From: Candidatus Binataceae bacterium
GTDB lineage: Bacteria; Desulfobacterota; Binatia; Binatales; Binataceae
Length of the DNA stretch: 64,000 nucleotides
Reading direction: 5' to 3'
NCBI GenBank assembly: GCA_035500095.1
Contig: DATJXN010000132.1
Span: 34,371 to 98,370 of the forward strand
The notes beneath the pieces are model-generated. The model saw only the letters and a list, made by a program, of their open reading frames with translations. It ran no database searches and was not told where the DNA came from. The position numbers and the translations under genes were made by a program. Positions 48,168 to 57,903 of the stretch are shown here, piece by piece. Position 1 is the stretch's first letter. Each line of letters begins with the position of its first letter.

Positions 48168-48698
48168 ATGGTCCGGGCAACTATGATTTTTCGGACAGCC
48201 ATGCGGAACAGACTGCCGGAGTTCGCACTTTTGGCTCTGGCCCTGCTGGTGCCCTCGGCCGCGGCCGCGCAAAGCGGGCAGATGTACATCTACCCGCAAA
48301 AAGGTCAGAGCCCGGAACAGCAGGAGAAGGATCGTTACTCGTGCCATACCTGGGCCGTCCAGCAAACCGGATTCGATCCAAGCAGGGCGTATCCGAGCAA
48401 TCCCAACACGCTTGACCCGCAGCCCTATCGGCCTTCGCAGCCGCACGTTCTGAAAGGGGCCGGGCGAGGCGCGGCGCTCGGCGCGGTTGGCGGCGCGATC
48501 ACGGGCGATGCCGGCAAGGGCGCCGCGGCGGGCGCCGCGATGGGCGGTCTCGCCGGCGGCTTCCGGCGCAGGGACGAGCGCAGGCAACAGCAGATGGCGC
48601 AGCAGCACGCGCAGCAATCGCAGGTGTCGCAAGCGGGCGCCAATTATCAGCGTGCGATGGCTGCATGTCTCGACGGCCGCGGCTACAGCGTAAAGTGA
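48168..48698 (+). CDS. exported glycine-zipper protein
   Basis: Strong SD (aagaggag). Signal peptide, then GAGRGAALGAVGGAITGDAGKGAAAGAAMGGLAGG glycine-zipper motif, then a Gln-rich tail. Confidence 0.75.
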   Translation: MVRATMIFRTAMRNRLPEFALLALALLVPSAAAAQSGQMYIYPQKGQSPEQQEKDRYSCHTWAVQQTGFDPSRAYPSNPNTLDPQPYRPSQPHVLKGAGRGAALGAVGGAITGDAGKGAAAGAAMGGLAGGFRRRDERRQQQMAQQHAQQSQVSQAGANYQRAMAACLDGRGYSVK

Positions 48699-51154
48699 GC
48701 ACGCATAGCCGGCGTCGCGAAGCAGGTGTCTGCCGGATGATCCTCGGCGCGCTGCACGCCATAGTCGCGATCGCGATCATCGCGCTGGGCGCGCCGCACG
48801 TTAACGCGCAGGCGCTGGATCGAACCGCGCTCCCCATACCCGATCCGAGCTATCCGCCGATCACCACTCTCGACGCGCGCAACGCCACGCCGCCGCCGCG
48901 ATTCGAAGTGAAAGCGCCGCCGGGCGCGCCGAACGTGCTCGTCATCCTAATCGACGACATGGGCTTCGGGCAGCCGAGCACCTTCGGCGGGCCGATCAGT
49001 ATGCCGACCCTCGATCGTCTGGCCAAAGGGGGCCTGCGCTACAACGAATTTCACGTGACCGCGCTCTGTTCCCCGACGCGTGCGGCATTGCTCACCGGGC
49101 GCAACCATCACATGGCCAACACCGGCGCGGTGATGGACGTCGCGACGGCCTTCCCGGGCAACACCGGCGTGCGCCCGAACAGCGTCGCGCCGCTTGCCGA
49201 GATCCTACGCCTCAACGGCTACAGCACCGCCGCGTTCGGAAAATGGCATCAGACTCCGGGTTGGGAAGTGAGCCCTTCGGGTCCGACCACGCGCTGGCCG
49301 ACGCGCGAAGGGTTCGACATATTTTACGGCTTCATGGGCGGGGAAACGAATCAATGGGCGCCGCTTCTGTATGACGGGATGACGCAGATCGAGACCCCGC
49401 ACGGCCCGAATTACCATTTCATGACCGACATGACCGACCACGCGATAGCATGGATGCGGTATCAGAAGGCGCTCACTCCCGACCGGCCATTCCTGATCTA
49501 TTTTGCGCCCGGCGCAACGCACGCGCCGCATCACGTGCCCAAAAGCTGGATCGCCAAATACAAAGGCAAGTTTGACGCGGGATGGGACGTGATGCGCGAG
49601 CAGACGCTCGCGCGCCAGAAACAGCTGGGCGTGGTTCCGCCGGGCACCAGGCTCGCGCCGAAGCCGCAGGCGATCAAGGACTGGAGCACGCTCTCGCCCG
49701 CCGAGAAGAAGCTTTTCGCGCGCCAGATGGAAGTCTACGCCGGCTTCGGCGAAATGGCCGATTACGAAATCGGCCGCCTCATCCAGGCGATCGATGCTAT
49801 GGGCCAGCTGCAAAATACCATCGTCTTCTACATCGCGGGCGACAATGGCTCGAGCGCCGAAGGCGGGATGCACGGCGTCTTCAACGAAAATACTTTTTTC
49901 AATGCCGTGCCGGAACCGATCGAAGCGCAACTCAAACGTGTCGATCAGCTTGGCGGACCGATGACCTATAGCCACTACGCGGCCGGATGGGCGGTTGCGG
50001 GCGATGCGCCCTTTGCCTGGACCAAGCAGGTCGCGTCCAACTTCGGCGGAACCCGCGATGGTATGGTCGTGTACTGGCCCAAAGGGATCAAGGCCAAAGG
50101 GGAGTTGCGGTTCCAGTTCCATCACGTGATCGACATCGCGCCGACCGTGCTCGAAGTGGCCGGACTGCCTCAACCCAAAACCGTTGACGGCATAACTCAG
50201 GCTCCGATGCAGGGCGTGAGCATGGCCTACACATTCGATGACGCTCATGCCAAAAGCACGCATACGACCCAGTACTTCGAGATCGCGGGCAATCGCGCGA
50301 TCTATCACGACGGCTGGCTTGCGGGCACGGTCCATCGCGCGCCCTGGGAAAGACAGCCGCGCGCCATGCTCGATAACGACAAGTGGGAGCTCTACGATAC
50401 GGACAAGGATTTCAGCCTGGCCAAGGATCTCGCCGCCGCCAATCCGGACAAACTAAAGCAGATGCAGGCACTGTTCCTTCAGGAAGCCATCAAGAATCAC
50501 GTTCTGCCGATTGACGATCGCGGCGTCGAGCGCCTCAATCCGGCGCTGGCCGGCCGGCCGGACCTGATGGCCGGGCGCACCTCGCTCACGCTTTACAGCG
50601 GAATGACCGGGATGATGGAAAGCGCGTTCATCAACATCAAAAACCGCTCCTTCTCGATAACTGCCGACGTCGAGGTTCCGAAAAAGAACCCCAATGGCGT
50701 CATCATCTGCCAGGGCGGGCGCTTTGGCGGATGGACCCTCTTCCTGAAAAACGGCCGGTCCATGTTCACCTACAACTGGGTCGGGCTGAACCGCTACACC
50801 GTGGCCGCAAAGCAGCCGATTGCGCCGGGCAAGGCGACGATTCGGTTCGAGTTCGCCACCGACGGCGGCAAACTGGGCGCCGGCGGGACCGGCACGCTCT
50901 TCGTCAACGGCGCAAACGTCGCATCCGGACGAATCGACAACACCAACGGCCTTATGTTCTCCGCCGATGAGGGAGCCGACGTCGGTGTCGACGAAGGGAC
51001 GCCGGTCACCGAAGATTACGCCGGGCCCGACAACCGGTTCACCGGCAAAATCAATCAGGTGACGATCGCGCTGAAACCGGTCGGCCCAGACATCAAGGAC
51101 AAGGTCGACAAAGCCACGCAGGAGATGCTGATGGACAAGGCCGCCGAGGACTGA
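48695..51154 (+). CDS. arylsulfatase (formylglycine-dependent sulfatase family)
   Basis: LIDDMGFG and CSPTRAALLTGRNHH (C-x-P-x-R formylglycine motif). GTG 48695 overlaps the upstream TGA (GTGA) and gives a charged signal peptide; ATG 48737 is the alternative. Confidence 0.92.
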   Translation: MSTHSRRREAGVCRMILGALHAIVAIAIIALGAPHVNAQALDRTALPIPDPSYPPITTLDARNATPPPRFEVKAPPGAPNVLVILIDDMGFGQPSTFGGPISMPTLDRLAKGGLRYNEFHVTALCSPTRAALLTGRNHHMANTGAVMDVATAFPGNTGVRPNSVAPLAEILRLNGYSTAAFGKWHQTPGWEVSPSGPTTRWPTREGFDIFYGFMGGETNQWAPLLYDGMTQIETPHGPNYHFMTDMTDHAIAWMRYQKALTPDRPFLIYFAPGATHAPHHVPKSWIAKYKGKFDAGWDVMREQTLARQKQLGVVPPGTRLAPKPQAIKDWSTLSPAEKKLFARQMEVYAGFGEMADYEIGRLIQAIDAMGQLQNTIVFYIAGDNGSSAEGGMHGVFNENTFFNAVPEPIEAQLKRVDQLGGPMTYSHYAAGWAVAGDAPFAWTKQVASNFGGTRDGMVVYWPKGIKAKGELRFQFHHVIDIAPTVLEVAGLPQPKTVDGITQAPMQGVSMAYTFDDAHAKSTHTTQYFEIAGNRAIYHDGWLAGTVHRAPWERQPRAMLDNDKWELYDTDKDFSLAKDLAAANPDKLKQMQALFLQEAIKNHVLPIDDRGVERLNPALAGRPDLMAGRTSLTLYSGMTGMMESAFINIKNRSFSITADVEVPKKNPNGVIICQGGRFGGWTLFLKNGRSMFTYNWVGLNRYTVAAKQPIAPGKATIRFEFATDGGKLGAGGTGTLFVNGANVASGRIDNTNGLMFSADEGADVGVDEGTPVTEDYAGPDNRFTGKINQVTIALKPVGPDIKDKVDKATQEMLMDKAAED

Positions 51155-51197
51155 GCTAATCCCCGCTCCTGCAGCGAGAAGCGTCAGGGCCGCCCGG

Positions 51198-51770
51198 TCA
51201 ACTCGACGGCTTGGCGAAGGTCGGGCGATGCATCGCGGCGGCCTGCTCGGCCACCTGATCCAGCAACTTGGCCTCGGCCTTGCCGCGTGAGACGCATTGC
51301 ACGGCGCGCGGCGGATGGAGCGGAACGTAGAGCGGCGCGCTGAAGGTCGCTTGCACGCTGACGGTGCTGGATTCGTGGCTCGCGGGCTTGATTTTGAAGA
51401 AGTAAACCGCGGTCGCGGCGCGGTCGGGCTCGGCGGCGTGCTTGCCGCCTATATCCTTGAGTTGGCCGCAGTCGGCCTCGGCGAGCGTGAACTGGTTGGT
51501 CTCGGTCTCGATGATGCCCTGGTTGGGGTCGTCGGCGTTGACCTGCAGCTTGTCTTCCTTGATCACCTCGTGCACGGCGTCCCAGACCATATCGTAGGGC
51601 CGGTCGATCGTGATCTGGTTTTTGCTCGGCGCGGGCGGCTTCTGGGTGGGCGGATAAAAGCATCCGCTCGCCATCGCGGCCGCCGCGAGCCCCGCGGCGG
51701 CGAGCGCGGCGGCGGCCCAGCGCTGCACGAGCGCGGGCAAGACGGTTGCGGTTATGGACGCGCGTTTCAT
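51198..51770 (-). CDS. lipoprotein, function unknown
   Basis: ATG 51770. Signal peptide with lipobox MASGC. No further motif. Confidence 0.65.
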   Translation of the reverse strand: MKRASITATVLPALVQRWAAAALAAAGLAAAAMASGCFYPPTQKPPAPSKNQITIDRPYDMVWDAVHEVIKEDKLQVNADDPNQGIIETETNQFTLAEADCGQLKDIGGKHAAEPDRAATAVYFFKIKPASHESSTVSVQATFSAPLYVPLHPPRAVQCVSRGKAEAKLLDQVAEQAAAMHRPTFAKPSS

Positions 51771-51940
51771 GGCTTGGCTATCGGCCCGCAAGCGGGCGTC
51801 TCATTTCAGCCGACGAGGCCGGTTCCGTGCAACGGCTGTGAGCCCGCGCGCCGATCTACGACTCCCACGAGATGAGCCGATGTGGTACGCTGGCGCCGAG
51901 CGGACGGTCGTGCGAGGCCGAGCTCACGGGGCTTTTATCA

Positions 51941-52693
51941 ATGTCGGGTCATTCCAAGTGGAGTTCGATTAAGCACAAGAAGGCTGCGCGCGATTCCAAA
52001 CGCGGCAAGCTTTTCACCAAGCTCATCAAGGAAATCACCATCGCAGCGCGGCTTGGCGGCGGCGACATCAATTCCAATCCGCGGCTGCGCACGGCGATCA
52101 CCACCGCGCGCGGCCAGTCGATGCCCAACGATAATATCGAGCGCGCGATCAAGAAAGGCACCGGTGAGCTCGGCGGCGGCCAGCTCGAGGAAGTGGTTTA
52201 CGAGGGCTACGGTCCGGGCGGCGTCGCGATAATCGCCGACGTCCTGACCGACAACCGCAACCGCGTGGTCGCCGAGCTGCGCTTCATCCTTTCGCGCCAC
52301 GGCGGCAACCTCGGCGAGTCGAATTGCGTCGCCTGGATGTTCAAGAAGCGCGGCGTGATAACCGTCGAGCGCGGCGCCGTCGACGAGGATCGCTTGATGG
52401 AGCTTGCGCTGGAAGCCGGCGCCGACGATGTGGTCGGCGACAGCGACACCTTCCAGGTGATGACGGCGCCCGAGGCGTTCAGCGCCGTGCGCGACGCGAT
52501 CGAGGCGGCCAAGATTCCGATCGCCGGCGCCGAGGTGATTAAGACACCCGAAAACACGGTGCGGGTCTCGGGCCATACGGCCGAGCAGGTGCTCAAGCTG
52601 GTCGAGGAGCTCGAGGATCACGAAGAGGTCCAGGGCGTGGCTTCCAACTTCGATATCAGCGACGAGGAGATGGCGCAGTTCTCGGCGGCTTGA
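51941..52693 (+). CDS. yebC: YebC/PmpR family DNA-binding regulator
   Basis: MSGHSKWSSIKHKKAARDSKRGKLFTKL.KEI..AAR.GGGD...NPRLR signature. Inner ATG 51941. Confidence 0.95.
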   Translation: MSGHSKWSSIKHKKAARDSKRGKLFTKLIKEITIAARLGGGDINSNPRLRTAITTARGQSMPNDNIERAIKKGTGELGGGQLEEVVYEGYGPGGVAIIADVLTDNRNRVVAELRFILSRHGGNLGESNCVAWMFKKRGVITVERGAVDEDRLMELALEAGADDVVGDSDTFQVMTAPEAFSAVRDAIEAAKIPIAGAEVIKTPENTVRVSGHTAEQVLKLVEELEDHEEVQGVASNFDISDEEMAQFSAA

Positions 52694-52744
52694 ACGGAAT
52701 TTTCTGCCTCGCGGGTAAGTGCGTCGCGCGAGGAGGTGGCGGGG

Positions 52745-53290
52745 ATGCGGATTTTAGGGGTGGACCCGGGCAACGCGGTCACCGGGTTCGGCGTGATTGA
52801 AGGCAGCGTTACCTATCCGGCTCACATCGCGGCAGGCACGATTCGTCCGCCCGCCGGGCTGCGCGGCGGCGAACGCCTCAAGACCATTCACGACCGTCTG
52901 CTCGAGATCATCGATCGGTATTCGCCGTCCGCGATGAGCCTCGAGCGCAGCTTCGTCGCGGCCAACGTGCAGAGCGCGTTTCGCCTGGGCGAGGCGCGGG
53001 GGGTGGCGATGCTGGCGGCAGCGGCGCGCGGCCTCGCGCTCTTCGAGTACACGCCCAACGAGGTCAAGCTGACGGTCGCCGGCCACGGCCACGCCGACAA
53101 GGCGCAGGTCAAGTTCATGGTGCGCCGCGCGCTCGGCGCCGACGAGGAGCTTGCGCTCGCCGACGACGCCTCCGACGCGCTGGCGATCGCGCTCTGCCAT
53201 CTGTTCTGCGCCCGTGCCGCCGCGGCGTCCGCACCGGCCGCCGCGGACAGGCGCAAGGGGCCAAGCCGCACGGAGGCCGGCGCGAAATGA
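52745..53290 (+). CDS. ruvC: Holliday junction resolvase RuvC
   Basis: MRILGVDPG...TGFGVIE. aggagg lies 8 nt upstream of ATG 52745. The conserved acidic residues are present. Confidence 0.93.
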   Translation: MRILGVDPGNAVTGFGVIEGSVTYPAHIAAGTIRPPAGLRGGERLKTIHDRLLEIIDRYSPSAMSLERSFVAANVQSAFRLGEARGVAMLAAAARGLALFEYTPNEVKLTVAGHGHADKAQVKFMVRRALGADEELALADDASDALAIALCHLFCARAAAASAPAAADRRKGPSRTEAGAK

Positions 53291-53922
53291 TCGCCACGCT
53301 AAGCGGCAGGCTCAAGCATCGCGAAGCCGGCAGGGTTGTGATCGAGACCGGCGGCGTCGGCTACGAGGTTTCGATCCCGCTTGCTACCTACTACCGCCTG
53401 CCCGGGCTGGGGGCGCAGGTCGCGCTCGAGATTCGCCAGGTCGTGCGCGAAGACTCGCTGACCCTCTATGGATTTTTCACCCGCGCGGAAAAGCAGGCGT
53501 TCGACCTGCTGATGCTGGTGCAGCACGTCGGTCCGAAGCTCGCGCTGGCGATCCTCTCGGTGCTCTCGCCCGACGACCTGGTGAGCGCGATCGCGCACGC
53601 AGACGTCGAGCGGCTCGACGCCGTGCCCGGCGTCGGCGCCAAGGTGGCCGAGCGCGTGGTGCGCGAACTGCGCGACAAGACCGCCGAGCTCAAGCTGATC
53701 GGGTCGGGGCCGGTCGAAGACTTCGACGGCGCCGCCAACGGCGCCCCTGAAGGCGGCGCTTCCGAACTCGACGATGCCGTTTCGGCGCTGGTCAATCTCG
53801 GCTACAAGCCGCTCCAGGCGCGCCGCGCAGTGGACGCCGCCGCCGCGCGCGGCGGCGGGGAGAAACGCGAGCTCGAAGCGATCATCCGCGAGTCGCTCGC
53901 GGAGCTGGCCGGTGAAAGGTAA
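53287..53922 (+). CDS. ruvA: Holliday junction branch migration protein RuvA
   Basis: MIATLSGRL.......[14 protein letters not shown] plus the HhH motifs PGVGAK.AERVV.EL. ATGA overlap with the ruvC stop. Confidence 0.95.
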   Translation: MIATLSGRLKHREAGRVVIETGGVGYEVSIPLATYYRLPGLGAQVALEIRQVVREDSLTLYGFFTRAEKQAFDLLMLVQHVGPKLALAILSVLSPDDLVSAIAHADVERLDAVPGVGAKVAERVVRELRDKTAELKLIGSGPVEDFDGAANGAPEGGASELDDAVSALVNLGYKPLQARRAVDAAAARGGGEKRELEAIIRESLAELAGER

Positions 53923-54961
53923 GCCACAAGAGGACCAGGCCGAGGCGATGGTCGAGCCGGCGCGGCTCGCTGCGCCGGGACAGCGCGAGGAGGACCGCGC
54001 GCTCGACCTCTCCCTGCGTCCGCGCATGCTCGGAGAGTTCGTCGGGCAGGAGCGCACGCGCAAGATCCTCGGGATGTCGATTGAAGCGGCGCGCCAGCGC
54101 GGCGAGGTCCTCGATCACGTGCTCTTTTCCGGGCCGCCCGGACTCGGCAAGACCTCGCTCGCGCATATCATCGCGCGCGAGCGTAAGGTCAGCATGCGCT
54201 CGACCTCGGGACCGGCGATCGAGCGCGCCGGCGACCTCGCGGCGATCGTCAGCGGGCTCGAGGAAGGCGACGTCCTGTTCATCGACGAAATTCATCGCCT
54301 CGCCCGCCCGGTCGAGGAGGTGCTCTACCCGGCGATGGAGGACTTCGAGCTCAACATCGTGGTCGGCAAGGGGATGGGTGCGCGCACGATGCCGCTCGCA
54401 GTCAAGCCGTTCACTCTGGTCGGCGCGACCACGCGTTCGGGCCTCTTGAGCGCGCCGCTGCGCGATCGCTTCGGCCAGCACTTTCATCTGGATTTCTATG
54501 TCCGCGACGAACTGACCGAGATCGTCGCACGCTCGGCGCGATTGCTTGGCGTGCGGATCGACGAAGAGGGCACGCGCGAGATCGCGGGCCGCGCGCGCGG
54601 CACGCCGCGCGTCGCCAATCGTCTCCTGCGCCGCGTGCGCGACTTCGCCCAGGTCAGCGCCGCCGCATCGGTGACGCGTGAGGTTGCGATCTGCGCGCTC
54701 GAGCTGCTCGAGATCGACGCCTGCGGCTTCGACCGGATGGACCGCGCGATCCTGGCCGCGATTATCGACAAGTTCGACGGCGGGCCGGTCGGAGTCGAGA
54801 GCCTGGCGGCGGCGGTGGGCGAGGAAGCCGACACCATAGGCGAAGTTTACGAGCCCTACCTGCTGCAGGAGGGATTCATCGCGCGCACGGCGCGCGGCCG
54901 CGTCGCCACCCCGCGCGCCTATAGCCATCTCGGACGCAGCCGCCGCGGCACGCTCCTCTAG
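53912..54961 (+). CDS. ruvB: Holliday junction branch migration ATPase RuvB
   Basis: LRP..L.EFVGQE, Walker [12 protein letters not shown] and Walker [10 protein letters not shown]. Start GTG 53912, overlapping the ruvA end, or ATG 53948. Confidence 0.95.
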   Translation: MKGKPQEDQAEAMVEPARLAAPGQREEDRALDLSLRPRMLGEFVGQERTRKILGMSIEAARQRGEVLDHVLFSGPPGLGKTSLAHIIARERKVSMRSTSGPAIERAGDLAAIVSGLEEGDVLFIDEIHRLARPVEEVLYPAMEDFELNIVVGKGMGARTMPLAVKPFTLVGATTRSGLLSAPLRDRFGQHFHLDFYVRDELTEIVARSARLLGVRIDEEGTREIAGRARGTPRVANRLLRRVRDFAQVSAAASVTREVAICALELLEIDACGFDRMDRAILAAIIDKFDGGPVGVESLAAAVGEEADTIGEVYEPYLLQEGFIARTARGRVATPRAYSHLGRSRRGTLL

Positions 54962-54962
54962 A

Positions 54963-55147
54963 CTAGTGTGATGTCTCGCAAATAGCTTGCATATCCGGAA
55001 AAGCGTCAAGGTGTCATTCCGAGGGAGTCAGCGACCGAAGAATCCCGGATCTCTATTCTTTTTCGTGGAAGCCGGGATTCCTCGCTGCGCTCGGAATGAC
55101 AGCGTCGAGATCCTGGGATGAAACCTATTTCCACGAGACCACACTAG
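54963..55147. repeat. nested imperfect palindromic element (REP/MITE-like) immediately after ruvB
   Basis: Outer arms ctagtgtg(at)gtctcg...aaatag (54963-54986) versus ctattt...cgagaccacactag (55125-55147). Inner arms gtcattccgag...gaatcccgg (55013-55048) versus ccgggattc...ctcggaatgac (55072-55100). Confidence 0.75.
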
Positions 55148-55208
55148 ATTGCGCGCTGCTCTCTCAGGCCGGCGGCGAGCGCGCGGCCGGAAGAGTTGCG
55201 CGGTAGCT

Positions 55209-55475
55209 TCATCGCGGTGGCCGGCGAGCGCCCTCGCGCGGCGGCTTGCCGCCGCCGCTTCGATTCTTGTCGCGGCGGCTGTCGATCACCTTGGAGCCGA
55301 AGCGCAGAACGAGCTGACGCACCGCCAGCGCACCCGCTATCACCACCACAAGGCGAATGATAGTGGGCCAGTCGAGAGGACCTCCGCCGAACACTCCTCC
55401 GTTCATGTGCGCCAGCTCCAACTCTGCCGCGCGCTGCTTGAGCGACGCGTGCATCGTCTTTCGGTTCGTGCGCAA
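55209..55475 (-). CDS. hypothetical small membrane protein
   Basis: 88 codons with G+C-rich third positions, one TM helix (WPTIIRLVVVIAGALAV) and a basic tail. An internal ATG (MNGGVF...) has GGAG upstream. No homology recognised. Confidence 0.4.
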   Translation of the reverse strand: MRTNRKTMHASLKQRAAELELAHMNGGVFGGGPLDWPTIIRLVVVIAGALAVRQLVLRFGSKVIDSRRDKNRSGGGKPPREGARRPPR

Positions 55476-55513
55476 GCATTCTAATCACGCGTCAGTTCGG
55501 TTAAAAAGGGGTT

Positions 55514-56077
55514 ATGGGGATTGCGGACGGAGGACGCGCGGTACTGGCCGCGGTTGTGATTTCAGCGGCGGCCTGGGGCGGCGGATGCATTTCGCCGGCG
55601 GCGGTCAATCCGCCGATCGTGAGTACCACGCCCCTGGGAGTCGCGATGCGGCCCGCCAAGCCGCCGGATTGTGCGATGCCGATCCTCGACTCGATGCCCC
55701 TTGCCGGCCATCAGCAGCTGGCTCTGGTCGATGCGTGGGGGGATCTTGCCGTAAAGGACGATGACTTGCTGGCGCAGCTCAAGCGCCAGGCCTGTCAGGT
55801 CGGCGCTGATGCCGTCGTCCTGACCTCACAGCAGACGCAACACGAGGGCGATCTTCGCGTTGGCGTCGCGCCCGGGCGCTTCGGCAATATAGGCCCCGGC
55901 TCTGAGGCAAACGTTGAGCAGGGGGCGCATATCGGGATCGATCCCCAGGGCGGCGGAAAGACGCATCATGCGGTCGTGGGCGAGCCGGGCCATCCCGGCC
56001 GTTTCATGGGTGGTATCGCGATCGTCTACACCAAGGGTGGGGCGGGGGCCGGGACGGCCTCTAACGCCAATCCGTAG
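55514..56077 (+). CDS. lipoprotein, function unknown
   Basis: Signal peptide with a lipobox-like WGGGC. 187 aa. Confidence 0.6.
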   Translation: MGIADGGRAVLAAVVISAAAWGGGCISPAAVNPPIVSTTPLGVAMRPAKPPDCAMPILDSMPLAGHQQLALVDAWGDLAVKDDDLLAQLKRQACQVGADAVVLTSQQTQHEGDLRVGVAPGRFGNIGPGSEANVEQGAHIGIDPQGGGKTHHAVVGEPGHPGRFMGGIAIVYTKGGAGAGTASNANP

Positions 56078-56231
56078 AAGCGGCTGTTGACCCGTGGATA
56101 AATATCGAAGCTTCATAAAGACCAGCCGATTGACGATCTGACCTCCGTCAGTAATACTCAAAACGTACATTTCAGCAGTGCTTTGGACCGGTCGAGGGGA
56201 TCTATCGGTCCGCGCGGAGGAGGGTCCGATT

Positions 56232-56432
56232 ATGGACAAGTCTACCGCTATTCGGATGTTGCCCGGCAGCGTGGTGATCTTTCGCGGACGTCGGCATCAG
56301 GTGATGAGCGCCAAGGCTGGCGCGCAGAGCGAGGCGCCATTCTTTCGTCTGCGCGCACTTGATGACGGTGCGTTGACCGGACTTATCAGCCACAGGATGG
56401 TCGAGCCGGCGGAAGAAGAGAAGCAGCACTAA
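56232..56432 (+). CDS. hypothetical small protein
   Basis: Inner ATG 56232 preceded by ggaggaggg. 66 aa. Confidence 0.5.
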   Translation: MDKSTAIRMLPGSVVIFRGRRHQVMSAKAGAQSEAPFFRLRALDDGALTGLISHRMVEPAEEEKQH

Positions 56433-56757
56433 GCAAGCAGCACTAAGACCGTTGCGCCCGCCTCGGATGCCGCCCGCGACGGATCAGGCTGAGCCACCGC
56501 ACCACGAATACCCCGAAGCTGCCCGAGGTTTCGCCGCCGGCGACGATTCGGAAAGTATCGCGTGCTCGGCTTTTGCGTTCGCAATTGTACCCGCGAGAGT
56601 ATCTCAGGAATAAAGACCAGAAATCCGGACCAAGCGCGGCCAGGTGAGAGGATTGAGCCGGCGGCGCTTACTGCGCATTAGCGCGAGTTGCCGATAGGGT
56701 TCCGCCCATGCCCGATAGAGGCCGCGTGGAACTGAGCGACGTTCGTAGGGAGAAGCG

Positions 56758-57156
56758 ATGACCGCGGCGGATTACAAGGAGCGCGCAATCCGGTTTCTCG
56801 AAAATTTCAACCATCCCGATCCACGAATTTTCGAGGAGCTCGTCACCGACGACTTCAGATTCGAGATGATCACGACCATGAAAGAGTTCGAGCCCGCGCG
56901 GGGCAAGGCGGAATTTGCGCGGGCTGAGACCGAACGCCTCCTGGCGCTTTTTCCGGACGGCTTGAAGATGAAGCTCGGCGCTATCGTCTGCGAGCCTCCG
57001 CACGTGGCGGTTCAGGCCTCATGCGATACTGTTGCGATGAACGGTCGGCGCTACCTGCAGCGTTATCACTTCTACCTGCGCTTCGAGGGCAGTCTGATCG
57101 CCGAAGGGCTCGAGTTCAACGACACCAACCTCGTGCGCGAAGTATTTCTGACCTGA
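56758..57156 (+). CDS. SnoaL/NTF2-like fold protein
   Basis: 132 aa. Size and pattern (A..FLE.F...D...F.EL...DF.FE...) fit the ketosteroid-isomerase/SnoaL-like fold. gggagaagcg SD region. Confidence 0.6.
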   Translation: MTAADYKERAIRFLENFNHPDPRIFEELVTDDFRFEMITTMKEFEPARGKAEFARAETERLLALFPDGLKMKLGAIVCEPPHVAVQASCDTVAMNGRRYLQRYHFYLRFEGSLIAEGLEFNDTNLVREVFLT

Positions 57157-57520
57157 CCCGGAAATGACCCGGCCGATGTCTCAGAGCACTGAGACGTCGC
57201 TTGCGGGCCTTGGCGGCCGCGATCGCGATCGAGCACCGTTCATCAATCGGATCGTCGCTTTTGCGACGCTCAGTATCGGCTTGTGCCGCCAAAGGCGCGA
57301 CGGATGGATCGGGTGCGAGCAGAATCTGCTCACGCCTGAGACTTTCCATAATTCCTGGCGACAAAACCGCTCGCGGCTCGGGAGTTGCGCTGTCGGGCGT
57401 GAAGGTGAACAGACAAATGGAAGTGGATCTCGGCCTGACAAGAGTGAGCGAAGGTACGCTCGCGATGCTTGAGGGGATAAGCCGAAGTACCGATCTGCCG
57501 CAGAGCCTGTTCAGCGGACT

Positions 57521-57793
57521 TTGGATGCGCTTGCGGCCGAGCATCTGCGCCGCTTCGGCGCTCGGGTGGGCGTTTCCTCCGTGCTGAGGGTGCCGATCAG
57601 GACGGTCGATCCGGACGATTTATGGCATTCGCTCCGGGTGCTCGGAAACTGGCTCAGCTACAAGGACGAAGCCTCGCGCGGCGATCCGGACACGGCGGCG
57701 GCTAGCGAGGTTATTGCGCGGATATGGCTGGCGATGCGCGGTGCGTTGATCGTGGAGACGGAAGGCGAACTGCCCTACGAGACCGGCAACTGA
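57521..57793 (+). CDS. hypothetical protein (possibly the 3' part of a frame-shifted gene starting at ATG 57417)
   Basis: TTG-initiated 90-codon ORF whose 5' end overlaps, in another frame, an ORF starting MEVDLGLTRVSEGTLAMLEGISRS. Confidence 0.3.
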   Translation: MDALAAEHLRRFGARVGVSSVLRVPIRTVDPDDLWHSLRVLGNWLSYKDEASRGDPDTAAASEVIARIWLAMRGALIVETEGELPYETGN

Positions 57794-57903
57794 AAAAGCT
57801 GCGATCTCCTCATCTGCCGGACTTAAACAAAACGAAACGTTGGCCTCCGCTCGCCCGGGCGTTGCCCCCACGCCAGGGCCTTCCTTACTCCGCCGGGGAC
57901 GGG

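Noticed and set aside
55144-55488. 114-aa minus-strand ORF
   Set aside because: It is an alternative frame to the 88-aa ORF over the same DNA. It is Arg/Ala-rich and begins inside the palindromic element. The 88-aa frame, with a TM helix and G+C-rich third positions, is preferred, though itself of low confidence.
56418-56446. Tandem duplication agcagcactaag / caagcagcactaag spanning the stop codon of the small ORF 56232..56432
   Set aside because: It is real in the sequence but is only two copies of a ~12-nt unit, and no functional inference is possible.
57116-57544. 142-aa minus-strand ORF
   Set aside because: It overlaps the 3' end of the SnoaL-like gene, has no SD and has an odd composition. 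The plus-strand reading of the same region is equally weak, so the region is left largely unannotated.
57853-57879. Hairpin gcccgggcgt-tgccccc-acgccagggc downstream of flp as a terminator
   Set aside because: The stem has a mismatch, and no T-tract directly follows on either strand.
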